Shown here piece by piece: positions 56,071-64,000 of a stretch of DNA of 64,000 bases. A model generated the notes under the pieces. That model saw only the letters and a program-made list of their open reading frames with translations, ran no database searches and was not told the origin of the DNA. The stretch lies in NCBI GenBank assembly GCA_031396445.1, contig JANNKU010000149.1, positions 30,975 through 94,974 of the forward strand, given 5' to 3'. Made by a program: the position numbers and the translations under genes. This DNA comes from Deltaproteobacteria bacterium. Lineage in GTDB: Bacteria; Myxococcota_A; UBA9160; PR03. The first letter of the stretch is position 1, and the number at the start of each line of letters is the position of its first letter.

Positions 56071-56505
56071 ATGAACGAAGCCGGATCCGCCCAGATCCTA
56101 TACCCCGTCTTCGCGATGTTCCTGCTCGTATCGATCGTGCTGATGCACATGCGCGGGCAGCGTTTCGCAGCGATGCGATCGAAGGAAGTCGACGTCGCGT
56201 TCTACAAGGCATACCCGGACGGCGGCGAACCCGAGAGGCTGCGCGTGATCGGCCGCCACTTCTCGAATCTCTTCGAGATGCCGGTGCTCTTCTACACCGT
56301 CGTGCTGATGATCTATGTGACGCATCACGTCAGCACCTTCCTCGTCGCGTGCGCGTGGCTCTACGTCGCACTGCGCTATGTGCACACCGCCATCCATCTC
56401 GGCTCGAACAACGTGATGACGCGCTTCAGCGTCTACTTCGCGTCGGTGTTCGTGCTCGCGATCCTCTGGGTGACGCTGCTGGTGCAATTGCTGCGCGCCG
56501 GATGA
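56071..56505 (+). CDS. MAPEG family membrane protein
   Basis: 144 aa with 4 TM helices. HFSNLFEMPVLFY and RYVHTAIHLGSNNV are typical of bacterial MAPEG proteins. Confidence 0.8.
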   Translation: MNEAGSAQILYPVFAMFLLVSIVLMHMRGQRFAAMRSKEVDVAFYKAYPDGGEPERLRVIGRHFSNLFEMPVLFYTVVLMIYVTHHVSTFLVACAWLYVALRYVHTAIHLGSNNVMTRFSVYFASVFVLAILWVTLLVQLLRAG

Positions 56506-56975
56506 ATCCCGCCGTCGCGCTCTGCGCGCATTTGCGTGCGGACGACCTCGCGCACCTTTCGATCGACGCCGACGACGTGCTCGAGTGGTTCGATGGGCCC
56601 ATCACCGCGATCGCGCGCTGCCCGCTCTGCGACGGCCTCGGCCTGCTCGAGTTGCTCGATTGGAGTCACAGCCATCGCGTGCGCGTTTGCGCGTTCGCAG
56701 CGCTCGAGCGCGCAGCCGTCGCGCTCTTCCAGCGCAATCGCGAGCGCGGATCCTGCGACCTCACGCGCGCCGATCGCGAAGTCGAGGCGCTCTTCGCTTC
56801 CGCCGGTGCCGTCGAGCGGGTGATCGCGCTCGATGTCGAAGGCAACGCGGTGCGCGCGACGGCGCCGCGTCCTGCCGGGCTCTTCCTCCCGTCTGCACCG
56901 TGGCGCGAGCGCTTGCCGCGAGAAGCGGACGCAGCGTGGTTCCTGGAAGTCGGACTCGAGAAGTCTGCGCTCTAG
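56502..56975 (+). CDS. Hypothetical protein
   Basis: The ATG overlaps the MAPEG stop (ATGA). The protein begins MNPAVALCAHLRADDL... and contains a CPLCDG motif. No family was recognised. Confidence 0.5.
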   Translation: MNPAVALCAHLRADDLAHLSIDADDVLEWFDGPITAIARCPLCDGLGLLELLDWSHSHRVRVCAFAALERAAVALFQRNRERGSCDLTRADREVEALFASAGAVERVIALDVEGNAVRATAPRPAGLFLPSAPWRERLPREADAAWFLEVGLEKSAL

Positions 56976-57137
56976 ATCGCGCCACGTTTCGACGCTTGCC
57001 GCCGTACGCTCGATGGCGTAGCGGACGACTGCCCTGTTTCGGGGCAGCGCGTGCCTCGCTCCGCGTCACTCGTCGAGCGGCCGATGCGCGCCGAGCTCCG
57101 CGCGGTGGCACTGCTCTTGCGTATGGGCCCACTCGGA

Positions 57138-58991
57138 ATGAAGTCGCTGGCCTCGCTGCGCTCGTCGCCCGTCTCGCGCTACCTGCATGGGCTGCACGAG
57201 CGCTTCCGCGACCTCGAGGACGGGGAGGTCGCGAGCTACATCCCCGAACTCGCGAAGGCAGATCCACGCTGGTTCGGGATCTGCATCGCGACCGTCGACG
57301 GCCACGTCTACGAAGTTGGCGACTCCCGGCAGCCGTTCACGATCCAGTCGATCTCAAAGCCCTTCGTGTACGGCCTCGCGCTCGAAGATCGCGGCAAGGA
57401 GGCGGTGCTGGAGCGGGTCGGTGTCGAACCCACCGGCGACGCGTTCAATGAGATCAGCCTCGAGGCCGGAACCGGTCGCCCGCGCAATCCGATGATCAAT
57501 GCCGGCGCGATCACCGCTTCGTCGCTGGTCGCGGGCCACTCCGCAGAGGATCAATGGCAACGCATCCTCGCGCTCTTCGCGTTGCACATCGGGCGCCCCG
57601 TCGAACTCGACGAGAGCGTCTACCGCTCCGAACGCGACACGGGGCACCGCAATCGCGCGATCTCTCACATGCTGCGGAACTTCGGGATCCTGCAGGACGA
57701 TCCGGAGCGCGCCGTCGATCTCTATTTTCGCCAGTGCTCGATCGAAGTGACCTGTCGCGATCTCGCAGTGATGGCGGCCACGCTCGCGAGCGGAGGGACG
57801 AACCCGCTGACGCGAGAGCGCGCGATCGATCCGTACAACGTCGACGAAGTGCTGAGCGTCATGACGACGTGCGGCATGTACGACTACGCGGGAGAGTGGC
57901 TCTACCGCGTCGGACTTCCCGCCAAGAGCGGCGTGTCCGGAGGCATCCTCGCGGTGCTGCCGGGGCAATTCGGGATCGGCGTCTACTCGCCGCCACTCGA
58001 CGCGCGGGGCAACAGCGTGCGTGGCGTCGCCGTGTGCAACGCGCTCTCGGAAGAACTGGAGCTCCACTCGCTGCGTGCGCCGCGCGTGTCGCAGTCGGCG
58101 ATCCGGTCGCGTTTCACCGTGAAGGATGTCGGCTCGAAGCGCATCCGAACCGATCGCGAGCGGACGATCCTGATGGCGACCGGTGAGCGAGCCGTCGTGT
58201 ACCAGCTTCAGGGCGATCTCGCCTTTTGCGCCATCGAACTCGTGACGCGCCGGCTCTGCGACGAGTCGGAAGACGTGAAGACGCTGGTGCTCGACCTCGA
58301 TCGCGCGCAGGACATCGATACGCCCGCCTCGCGGTTGGTGCTGGAGCTCGCGCTGTCGTTCAGCGCCGAAGGGCGGAGCCTCGCGTTCGTCGCATTGCAT
58401 CGGCATCCGCGCCTGGCGCGCTTCCTCGACGAATCGCGCTCTCGAGAGGGCGCGCTGCATCTCGCCCACTTCGAGGAGCTCGATCTCGCGCTCGAGTGGT
58501 GCGAGGAGCGCCTGCTCGGAATGCACTCCGCAAAAATGAGCGACGCGGTGGAAGTGCCGCTCTCCGAGCACGCATTCCTCGAAGGTCTCAGTGCGCTCGA
58601 GATCGAGGAGCTCGCGAGCCTGATGGAACGCCGCGAGTTCGCGCCGCGAAAGTTCGTGGTCCGCAAGGGAGATCCCGCCGACGCGTTGTTCCTGCTGGTG
58701 CGCGGGCGGCTGAGCGTACTCTCGGAGGACGCGCGCGGACTGCTGCGCCGACTCTCGACGCTCTCGCCCGGCATGGGCTTCGGCGAGCCCGCGATCGTGG
58801 AGCGCGCGACGCGAACGGCCTTCGTCCGCGCCGACGATGAGTCCGTGTGCTGGGTGCTCCCGTGCGCCGCCGTGCAATCGCTCGAGACCTCCAGCCCGCG
58901 GCTGAAGATGAAGCTGCTCGAGAACCTGCTGCGCTCGGCCTCGCGAATCGTCGCACGTCTGAGCCGCGAGACCGTCGCCGACCGTCTCTGA
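57138..58991 (+). CDS. glsA: Glutaminase A fused to STAS and cyclic-nucleotide-binding domains
   Basis: The glutaminase core is FTIQSISKPFVYGLAL, NPMINAGAI and LPAKSGVSGGILAV. A STAS-like region (VYQLQGDLAFCAIELV...LVLDLDRAQDID) follows, then a cNMP-binding domain (FVVRKGDPADALFLLVRGRLSV...GFGEPAIVERATRTAFVRA). The start is uncertain; upstream alternatives lie at 57051 and 57123. Confidence 0.9.
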   Translation: MKSLASLRSSPVSRYLHGLHERFRDLEDGEVASYIPELAKADPRWFGICIATVDGHVYEVGDSRQPFTIQSISKPFVYGLALEDRGKEAVLERVGVEPTGDAFNEISLEAGTGRPRNPMINAGAITASSLVAGHSAEDQWQRILALFALHIGRPVELDESVYRSERDTGHRNRAISHMLRNFGILQDDPERAVDLYFRQCSIEVTCRDLAVMAATLASGGTNPLTRERAIDPYNVDEVLSVMTTCGMYDYAGEWLYRVGLPAKSGVSGGILAVLPGQFGIGVYSPPLDARGNSVRGVAVCNALSEELELHSLRAPRVSQSAIRSRFTVKDVGSKRIRTDRERTILMATGERAVVYQLQGDLAFCAIELVTRRLCDESEDVKTLVLDLDRAQDIDTPASRLVLELALSFSAEGRSLAFVALHRHPRLARFLDESRSREGALHLAHFEELDLALEWCEERLLGMHSAKMSDAVEVPLSEHAFLEGLSALEIEELASLMERREFAPRKFVVRKGDPADALFLLVRGRLSVLSEDARGLLRRLSTLSPGMGFGEPAIVERATRTAFVRADDESVCWVLPCAAVQSLETSSPRLKMKLLENLLRSASRIVARLSRETVADRL

Positions 58992-59033
58992 ATCGCACCG
59001 CATCACAGTCGAAGGCCGTGACGGGATCGCCGG

Positions 59034-60104
59034 CTAGAGCATCTCGGCAATCAGCCACAACAGGGCGGCGAGGCCGACGATGAACCCGATCACGCGCTTG
59101 TCGCGCTTGCCACTCAGGGCCTGCCAGAGACCGTAGAGCATGGCCATGACGCCGAAGGCGGCCACGATGCCCATGATTCCGAGAAAGAGCAGTCCTTGTG
59201 CGGCCGAGCCCGAGAACTCCGCTCCATCGATGCTCTGGCCTGGATGCAGAAACAGCGGTGCGGTGTTCACGATGACCGCGCCGATGGCAGCGGAGATGAA
59301 GAGGCCGCACGCAAACAACCCGATGCCGAACCTGCGCGACCATCGCACCGATTGCATGCTCGCGCCGCACTCGGAGCAATGCGACATGAACTTGTGTGTG
59401 GAGAAGCCGCAGCGGGCGCAGGTGCTCAGGTCTTCCGGATCGGTGCCGTCTCCTTGGCCATGGAAGGAATCCTTCGTGCCGGGCTGGGCGCCACCGTAGT
59501 GCGCCACCACCGCTTCGGCGTCGCGCAGCGCGCCGGCCGTCACCGGGAACCGAAGCACCGTGCGCGTGGCCGATCGCGGGACACCGGACGCGCCCTGCCC
59601 TCCGCCGGGGTAGTAGAGCCGTAGCTCGACGAACGATGGCCGCACCCGGCTGGTGTTCAGCTCCACATGCGTGATCTCCGGCGTGCCGCGCAGCGGCAGT
59701 GCATGGATGCTGCCGTCGATCTGGACGGCGGACTTGCCGACGATCACTTCGATGCCATCGGCGGGCACGATGTCTCGAATCGAAAGCTCGTTGACGGGGC
59801 CGCCGGATTCTTGATCGAGCGTGCGGTCGTGCGCGATGAACGCACGCCACGTTTCCGCATCGACGCGCCAGCGGGTGATGACGTCTCCGCCCCGCACCAG
59901 CGCATCCTGCTCGCGCGCGTCGAAAAGCCGAGAGAGCGCGGTGCCGCCACCGAAGACCAGCGCCGTCAGCCCGAAGATCATCAGGAGCGCACGCGCGCTG
60001 TTTCCCACGGCTGCATCGGGCAGCAGGAACGCGGCGCTCGACGCAGCGATGCCGCTCGCAAGAAACGCCAGCCCGATGTTTCGCCAGAGGCGCGGACTGC
60101 GCAT
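59034..60104 (-). CDS. Membrane protein with internal zinc-ribbon (CxxC...CxxC), function unknown
   Basis: It has 2 N-terminal and 4 C-terminal TM segments flanking a soluble domain. CARCGFSTHKFMSHCSECG forms the zinc ribbon. Its start lies 3 nt after the upstream PEP-CTERM gene's stop. Confidence 0.65.
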   Translation of the reverse strand: MRSPRLWRNIGLAFLASGIAASSAAFLLPDAAVGNSARALLMIFGLTALVFGGGTALSRLFDAREQDALVRGGDVITRWRVDAETWRAFIAHDRTLDQESGGPVNELSIRDIVPADGIEVIVGKSAVQIDGSIHALPLRGTPEITHVELNTSRVRPSFVELRLYYPGGGQGASGVPRSATRTVLRFPVTAGALRDAEAVVAHYGGAQPGTKDSFHGQGDGTDPEDLSTCARCGFSTHKFMSHCSECGASMQSVRWSRRFGIGLFACGLFISAAIGAVIVNTAPLFLHPGQSIDGAEFSGSAAQGLLFLGIMGIVAAFGVMAMLYGLWQALSGKRDKRVIGFIVGLAALLWLIAEML

Positions 60105-60107
60105 GGT

Positions 60108-60839
60108 CTATCGGCGTCGTCGCGCCAACGCCCCGAGCGCGCCTACGCCGACGAGTGTCCCGAGCGTCGTCTCGGGTTCGGGCAAGCCATTCACCGTGAC
60201 TTCCCAGGCGAGCGTGTTGGAGTTGGCCTGCCCTCCGGACGACGCCGCGGAGCATTCGATGACGGCGGTCTCTTCGGGAAAGAGTCCGCGCTCCACGTCG
60301 AAGGTGAAGGTGCCGGCGGCAAGCGGCGTGGCGCGCGAATCGCCGGCGAGCACCTGCCCGTTGAATTGACAGACCACGACCTCGGGGTTGCTGAGCTCGC
60401 GCCCCGTCGAAACGAAGCCCGTCAGCGACAACGTGGTCTGCGTCTCCACCTCGAAAGAGATCGACATCACGGCATCGAAGCCGGCGAGCGCCGACGCTGG
60501 CGACGCGGCCGCCGCCCTCATCGTGAAGTCGCCGCGCGCGAAGATCTGGGACGTCGTCGTGGCGAGGTACTCGATTTGCCCCTCCGTCTCCGCTTCGCCG
60601 CCTCCGGACTCGACCTGCAGGTCCCACGGGATGTTGCCGCTGGCGAGAAAGACATCGAAGGTGCGAGGTCCGTCGCTGAAGCTGTCGCTGACGAGCGGGG
60701 AGTTCATGTCCGAAGCGGACACACCCGCGTCGATGTTCACGAAGAGTTCGGCGCTCGAGAGCTGCGCGGAGGCAGGCATCGCGCCGAGGGCCACGACCGC
60801 GACGGAGCACAGAGCAAAACGCGCCATTTTCAAGTTCAT
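60108..60839 (-). CDS. PEP-CTERM sorting-domain protein, function unknown
   Basis: Signal peptide MNLKMARFALCSVAVVALGAMPASAQ. The C-terminus is LPEPETTLGTLVGVGALGALARRRR. Confidence 0.8.
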   Translation of the reverse strand: MNLKMARFALCSVAVVALGAMPASAQLSSAELFVNIDAGVSASDMNSPLVSDSFSDGPRTFDVFLASGNIPWDLQVESGGGEAETEGQIEYLATTTSQIFARGDFTMRAAAASPASALAGFDAVMSISFEVETQTTLSLTGFVSTGRELSNPEVVVCQFNGQVLAGDSRATPLAAGTFTFDVERGLFPEETAVIECSAASSGGQANSNTLAWEVTVNGLPEPETTLGTLVGVGALGALARRRR

Positions 60840-60962
60840 CGCCCGACGATAGACGCGGGCGCGCCCGCGCGTCGAGTGGCGGACGAATCGGCGAGCGCGG
60901 CAGCGATCCTGGCTCTAGCGTCGCGCGGCGCCGGCGTGCGCTCTGCGCTTCAGGAGAGTGAG

Positions 60963-61865
60963 ATGATCAGCACACGATGGGCTCTTCCGATCTCCGCTCT
61001 CGCCTGGCCCGCTTGCTTCGCGCTGCTGCTCGGAACGGGCGCGGCGCGCGCGGTCCTGCTCAGCGATGCGACGAGCATCACGTCACTGATGTGTGTGAGC
61101 GTCATGGAGCCGATCGACCCGATCGCGGCGCCCGTCGACTACAGCTGCGACCGCCTGTGGTTCTACCCGATCGGCAACCTCTCCGGAGCGAGTCGAGCCG
61201 ACGCATCGACTGGCTTCGGCGATCCACTCACGGTGTCGGTGCACGCCGAGAACTCCGACTCTCCACAACCGATCAGCACGAACGCGGCGAGTCGCATCAA
61301 GTTCCAGCTCGCGGTGGCGCAGCTCGCGACGCCCCCGGTGAACGTGAATGCCGTGCCGGTGTCGATCTCGACGGCGGGAACCGTGACCGTTGCGCCATTG
61401 GCGGGATTGGTGGCTGGGGGCGGCACGTTCGTCAGCTCGACCGAAAACAACCCATTCTCGAACGCCGACGTGTTCGCGCACACGATGCGCACCAACTCGC
61501 CCTTCGCGCTGACCGACGGCTACGACATCGTGCAGACGATCGACCTGACACCAGACCACGTCTACTTCGGGAACGTCCATGCCGGCTGCAACTTCACCTT
61601 GAAGGGCCTCTGGGCTTGCAACGGTGACGCGACCGTGAGCTTTCATCTCGACCAGGCCGCGTTCGATGATCGGATGGGCGGGAACAGCTTCGACCTGTCG
61701 CAATACTTCGCGGTGCAGGAGAGTCCGAATCTCGTGCCCGAGCCCGCCGCGGCGCTGCTCGGCCTGAGTGCGCTCGTAGCGCTGGCCGGATGCGTCCGAG
61801 CGCGGCCGCGAGCGATCGAGGTCACATCAACGGGGCGAAGCGCTGCTCGCGCCGAGTCCGCCTGA
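60963..61865 (+). CDS. PEP-CTERM sorting-domain protein, function unknown
   Basis: Starts at MISTRWALPISALAWPACFALLLGTGAARA. VPEPAAALLGLSALVALAGCVRARPR lies near the C-terminus and is followed by an unusual 17-aa extension. Confidence 0.78.
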   Translation: MISTRWALPISALAWPACFALLLGTGAARAVLLSDATSITSLMCVSVMEPIDPIAAPVDYSCDRLWFYPIGNLSGASRADASTGFGDPLTVSVHAENSDSPQPISTNAASRIKFQLAVAQLATPPVNVNAVPVSISTAGTVTVAPLAGLVAGGGTFVSSTENNPFSNADVFAHTMRTNSPFALTDGYDIVQTIDLTPDHVYFGNVHAGCNFTLKGLWACNGDATVSFHLDQAAFDDRMGGNSFDLSQYFAVQESPNLVPEPAAALLGLSALVALAGCVRARPRAIEVTSTGRSAARAESA

Positions 61866-61884
61866 TCGATCGCCTGCGCGAGAC

Positions 61885-63312
61885 CTACGCTGCATAGCGT
61901 AGCCAGCTCCAACCGAGGCTGCGCGCCAGGTACAAGCGCGCATACGTCGGCAACAGCGTGTAGCTAGGAAGATCTCGCAGGATTCGGTAGACGCGATTCG
62001 GGTCGAGGTAGAACGCGCGGTGCGCGCGACGCCAGACGTGGTTGAGCTCGGCCACGGACACCGCGGCCATGCTCTGACGTGCCTCGTGATAGTTGTTGAG
62101 TTCGGGGTCCGCGAAGTCGTAGCCATTCGTCTCCGTACCCATCGATTCGACCATCGGCGTTCCCTCGAACGGGTTCAAGACGAAGAAGTTGGCGAAGTGG
62201 AGGTTCGTCGCGGCCGCGTATTCGATCGTCGCTTCGAGTTCGGCACGCGTCTCCCCCGGAAAGCCGAGCATGAAGAAGCCCTGGGTCAGGATTCCCGCGT
62301 CGGCAGTCTCGTCGATGACGCGTCGGATCCGCTCGAGATCCACGTTCTTGCGCGTGAGCTTCTGGATTCGCGGCGACGCGGACTCCACCGCGTACGAGAT
62401 CTTGTAGACGCCGGCAGCGGCCATCAGCTGGATCAGCTCGGAGTCCATCCGATCGCCGCGCAGTCCGTTCGGAAACGCGATCGACAACTCCATTCCGCTC
62501 TGTGCGATGCGGCGCATGATCTCCTTCGCGCGCTCCCGATTGGCGTTGAAGATGTCGTCGAGGATGTGAAATTCGCGGATGCCGTAGCGGTCGTGCAGGA
62601 GCTTGATCTCCTCGAGCACGTTGTCCGGAGATCGTTCCTGAAAGCGTTTGCCGAAGACGTTGTGGCAATACGTGCAACGGTAAGGGCAACCGCGCGACGT
62701 GAAGATCGACATGTGACGCGGGTGCCGGAACATTCCGTTCATGTTCTGTTCGCGCCAATACGCCGGGATGTCGACGAGATCCCAGGCGGGGTGCGGCACT
62801 GTGTCGGGATCGGGGATCGGCGGACGCGGGGGACCGGTGAAGATGCCCCCGTTGCGATCGTCGCGGAAGGCGACGCCCGCGATCTCCGGCTTGCGCTCGC
62901 CCGCTTCGACGCGACGCACGAGTTCGCAGAAGGTCTCCTCACCTTCGCCGATGACGAGCATGTCGATGTTGGGATCTTGGAGGATGCGCGCCGGGGACGT
63001 GGTGCTGTGGGGACCGCCGAGTACGGTGATCGAGTCCGGAAGCGCCGCCTTCACGCCCGCGAAGAACTGAGTCGCCTGCGCAGCTTCACCGGTCATCGCA
63101 CCGACACCGACGATCGCAGGTCGCTGCCGGACGGTCTCAGCGACCGCTTCGTCGACCGTCATCCGCTTGGGAAAGAGATCGAGGATGCTGATCTCGTGGT
63201 GCGGCTGATCAGCGCGCAGCGCAGCGGCCAGGTACATCAGACCCAGCGGCTGGGTCGTCATGTCCTTCGTGAACGACCACCGCTTCCACATCCGCGTGAG
63301 TGCAATTCGCAT
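61885..63312 (-). CDS. B12-binding domain-containing radical SAM protein
   Basis: The N-terminal cobalamin-binding Rossmann region is PLGLMYLAAAL...IVGVGAMTGE...VLGGPH. The radical SAM cluster is SRGCPYRCTYC. Confidence 0.9.
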   Translation of the reverse strand: MRIALTRMWKRWSFTKDMTTQPLGLMYLAAALRADQPHHEISILDLFPKRMTVDEAVAETVRQRPAIVGVGAMTGEAAQATQFFAGVKAALPDSITVLGGPHSTTSPARILQDPNIDMLVIGEGEETFCELVRRVEAGERKPEIAGVAFRDDRNGGIFTGPPRPPIPDPDTVPHPAWDLVDIPAYWREQNMNGMFRHPRHMSIFTSRGCPYRCTYCHNVFGKRFQERSPDNVLEEIKLLHDRYGIREFHILDDIFNANRERAKEIMRRIAQSGMELSIAFPNGLRGDRMDSELIQLMAAAGVYKISYAVESASPRIQKLTRKNVDLERIRRVIDETADAGILTQGFFMLGFPGETRAELEATIEYAAATNLHFANFFVLNPFEGTPMVESMGTETNGYDFADPELNNYHEARQSMAAVSVAELNHVWRRAHRAFYLDPNRVYRILRDLPSYTLLPTYARLYLARSLGWSWLRYAA

Positions 63313-63512
63313 CTGCGTCTCCGCCCCGCGCCGACGCTAGCGTGGCAAGAGACTTCCGGCCTTTCTGGAGCGACCGGGATCATCACCGCCTGCGGACGCT
63401 CCTCAGCGGCGCGCGACGTTTCGATACACAAACCAGTGAATGCCCGAGGGCCGCGACGAGACTCCCACCGCAATGTCGAGTGTCTAGATCTCGTGGAGTC
63501 GGCGACTTCCGC

Positions 63513-64000
63513 TCAGCGTCGGACGGTCACACGCAGGAAGGTCGCAGGAATCGAGGTCTTCGACTCGTCTGGGCTGAGGTTCTGCTCGTTGAACAGAACC
63601 TCGAGTTCCCCGAGCAGCGAATCCGCGCGACCGCTCGCCTCGGCCGCTTCGAACGCATTCATCGTGGGGCCGTAGTAGGTCCGGAATGAAGCGAGGAACT
63701 CCGACGGGGGCACGGGGGCGTTGAAGACAAATGTGTCGCGCGCGCACGAAATCTCGCCGGTGGGAACGCCAGCAGCGACAAAGCGTTCGACCACGTCGTC
63801 CACGATCCCCCAGGTCATCGGGCTGACGAATCCTGCGGGCGGCGGCGCTGCGTAGGCCGAGCTGATCCGCAGGATCTGCGCCACCAACGTCGGGTCGCCG
63901 GGAATCCAGTTGCCCATCACGATCCGGCCTCCGGGCCGCGTCACGCGCACCATCTCCTTGGCGACGTCGAACGGGCGCGGAGCAAACATCGCGCCAAAAA
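63513..64000 (-). CDS. Class I SAM-dependent methyltransferase (partial; 5' end outside the window)
   Basis: The post-motif region VTRPGGRIVMGNW (motif III/IV-like) is present, and the reading frame stays open to the window edge. Confidence 0.65.
   Translation of the reverse strand, partial: FGAMFAPRPFDVAKEMVRVTRPGGRIVMGNWIPGDPTLVAQILRISSAYAAPPPAGFVSPMTWGIVDDVVERFVAAGVPTGEISCARDTFVFNAPVPPSEFLASFRTYYGPTMNAFEAAEASGRADSLLGELEVLFNEQNLSPDESKTSIPATFLRVTVRR

Noticed and set aside
58588-60810. 740-aa minus-strand ORF and 732-aa plus-strand ORF (59667-61865 N-terminal part)
   Set aside because: Both are low-complexity and Arg-rich. The region is better explained by the membrane zinc-ribbon protein, the PEP-CTERM gene 60108-60839, and the PEP-CTERM gene starting at 60963.

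Overview
This is a very GC-rich bacterial chromosomal segment with strong third-position GC bias, so every real gene is shadowed by long Arg/Ala-rich spurious ORFs in other frames. It is densely coded, with about 55 supportable CDSs, and many adjacent genes share 4-nt ATGA/GTGA start-stop overlaps. I found no rRNA, tRNA, CRISPR array, transposase or integrase. PEP-CTERM sorting signals recur, which implies a Gram-negative organism with an exosortase encoded outside the window; the gene content loosely suggests a soil or sediment Deltaproteobacteria/Binatia-like lineage, but that is a weak guess.

Content falls into five blocks:
- 1-23.5 kb: housekeeping and accessory genes. These include a permease, P-II GlnB with a sigma-54-like promoter, a DUF3604 protein, a hybrid histidine kinase, a radical SAM protein, a CsgG-like lipoprotein, a sulfotransferase with a CDP-alcohol phosphatidyltransferase, a P450 fused to a cNMP-binding domain, and a PAS-PAS protein coupled to an MBL-fold hydrolase.
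- 23.6-44.2 kb: three paralogous class III nucleotidyl cyclase-STAND(P-loop)-TPR giants. Between them sit toxin-antitoxin modules and gene fragments: a truncated fourth cyclase, MNT with a truncated HEPN, a CAP/PEP-CTERM fragment, and Phd-VapC. A serine hydrolase, a quinohemoprotein PQQ alcohol dehydrogenase-P450 operon, a GH64-like PEP-CTERM protein and a DUF2236 protein are also here.
- 44.3-54.2 kb: the most interesting block. Three consecutive secreted proteins (an M4 peptidase, an unknown protein, and a propeller-metzincin) all end in the same TSP3 plus dockerin-like module. A convergent PEP-CTERM protein with a cohesin-like domain follows the third, and a decayed copy of it follows the second.
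- 54.3-59 kb: a DUF2236/TetR/MAPEG cluster and a glutaminase-STAS-cNMP-binding fusion.
- 59-64 kb: two more PEP-CTERM proteins, a B12-radical SAM enzyme and a partial methyltransferase.

All functional calls rest on motif recognition in the supplied translations. No database search was run.
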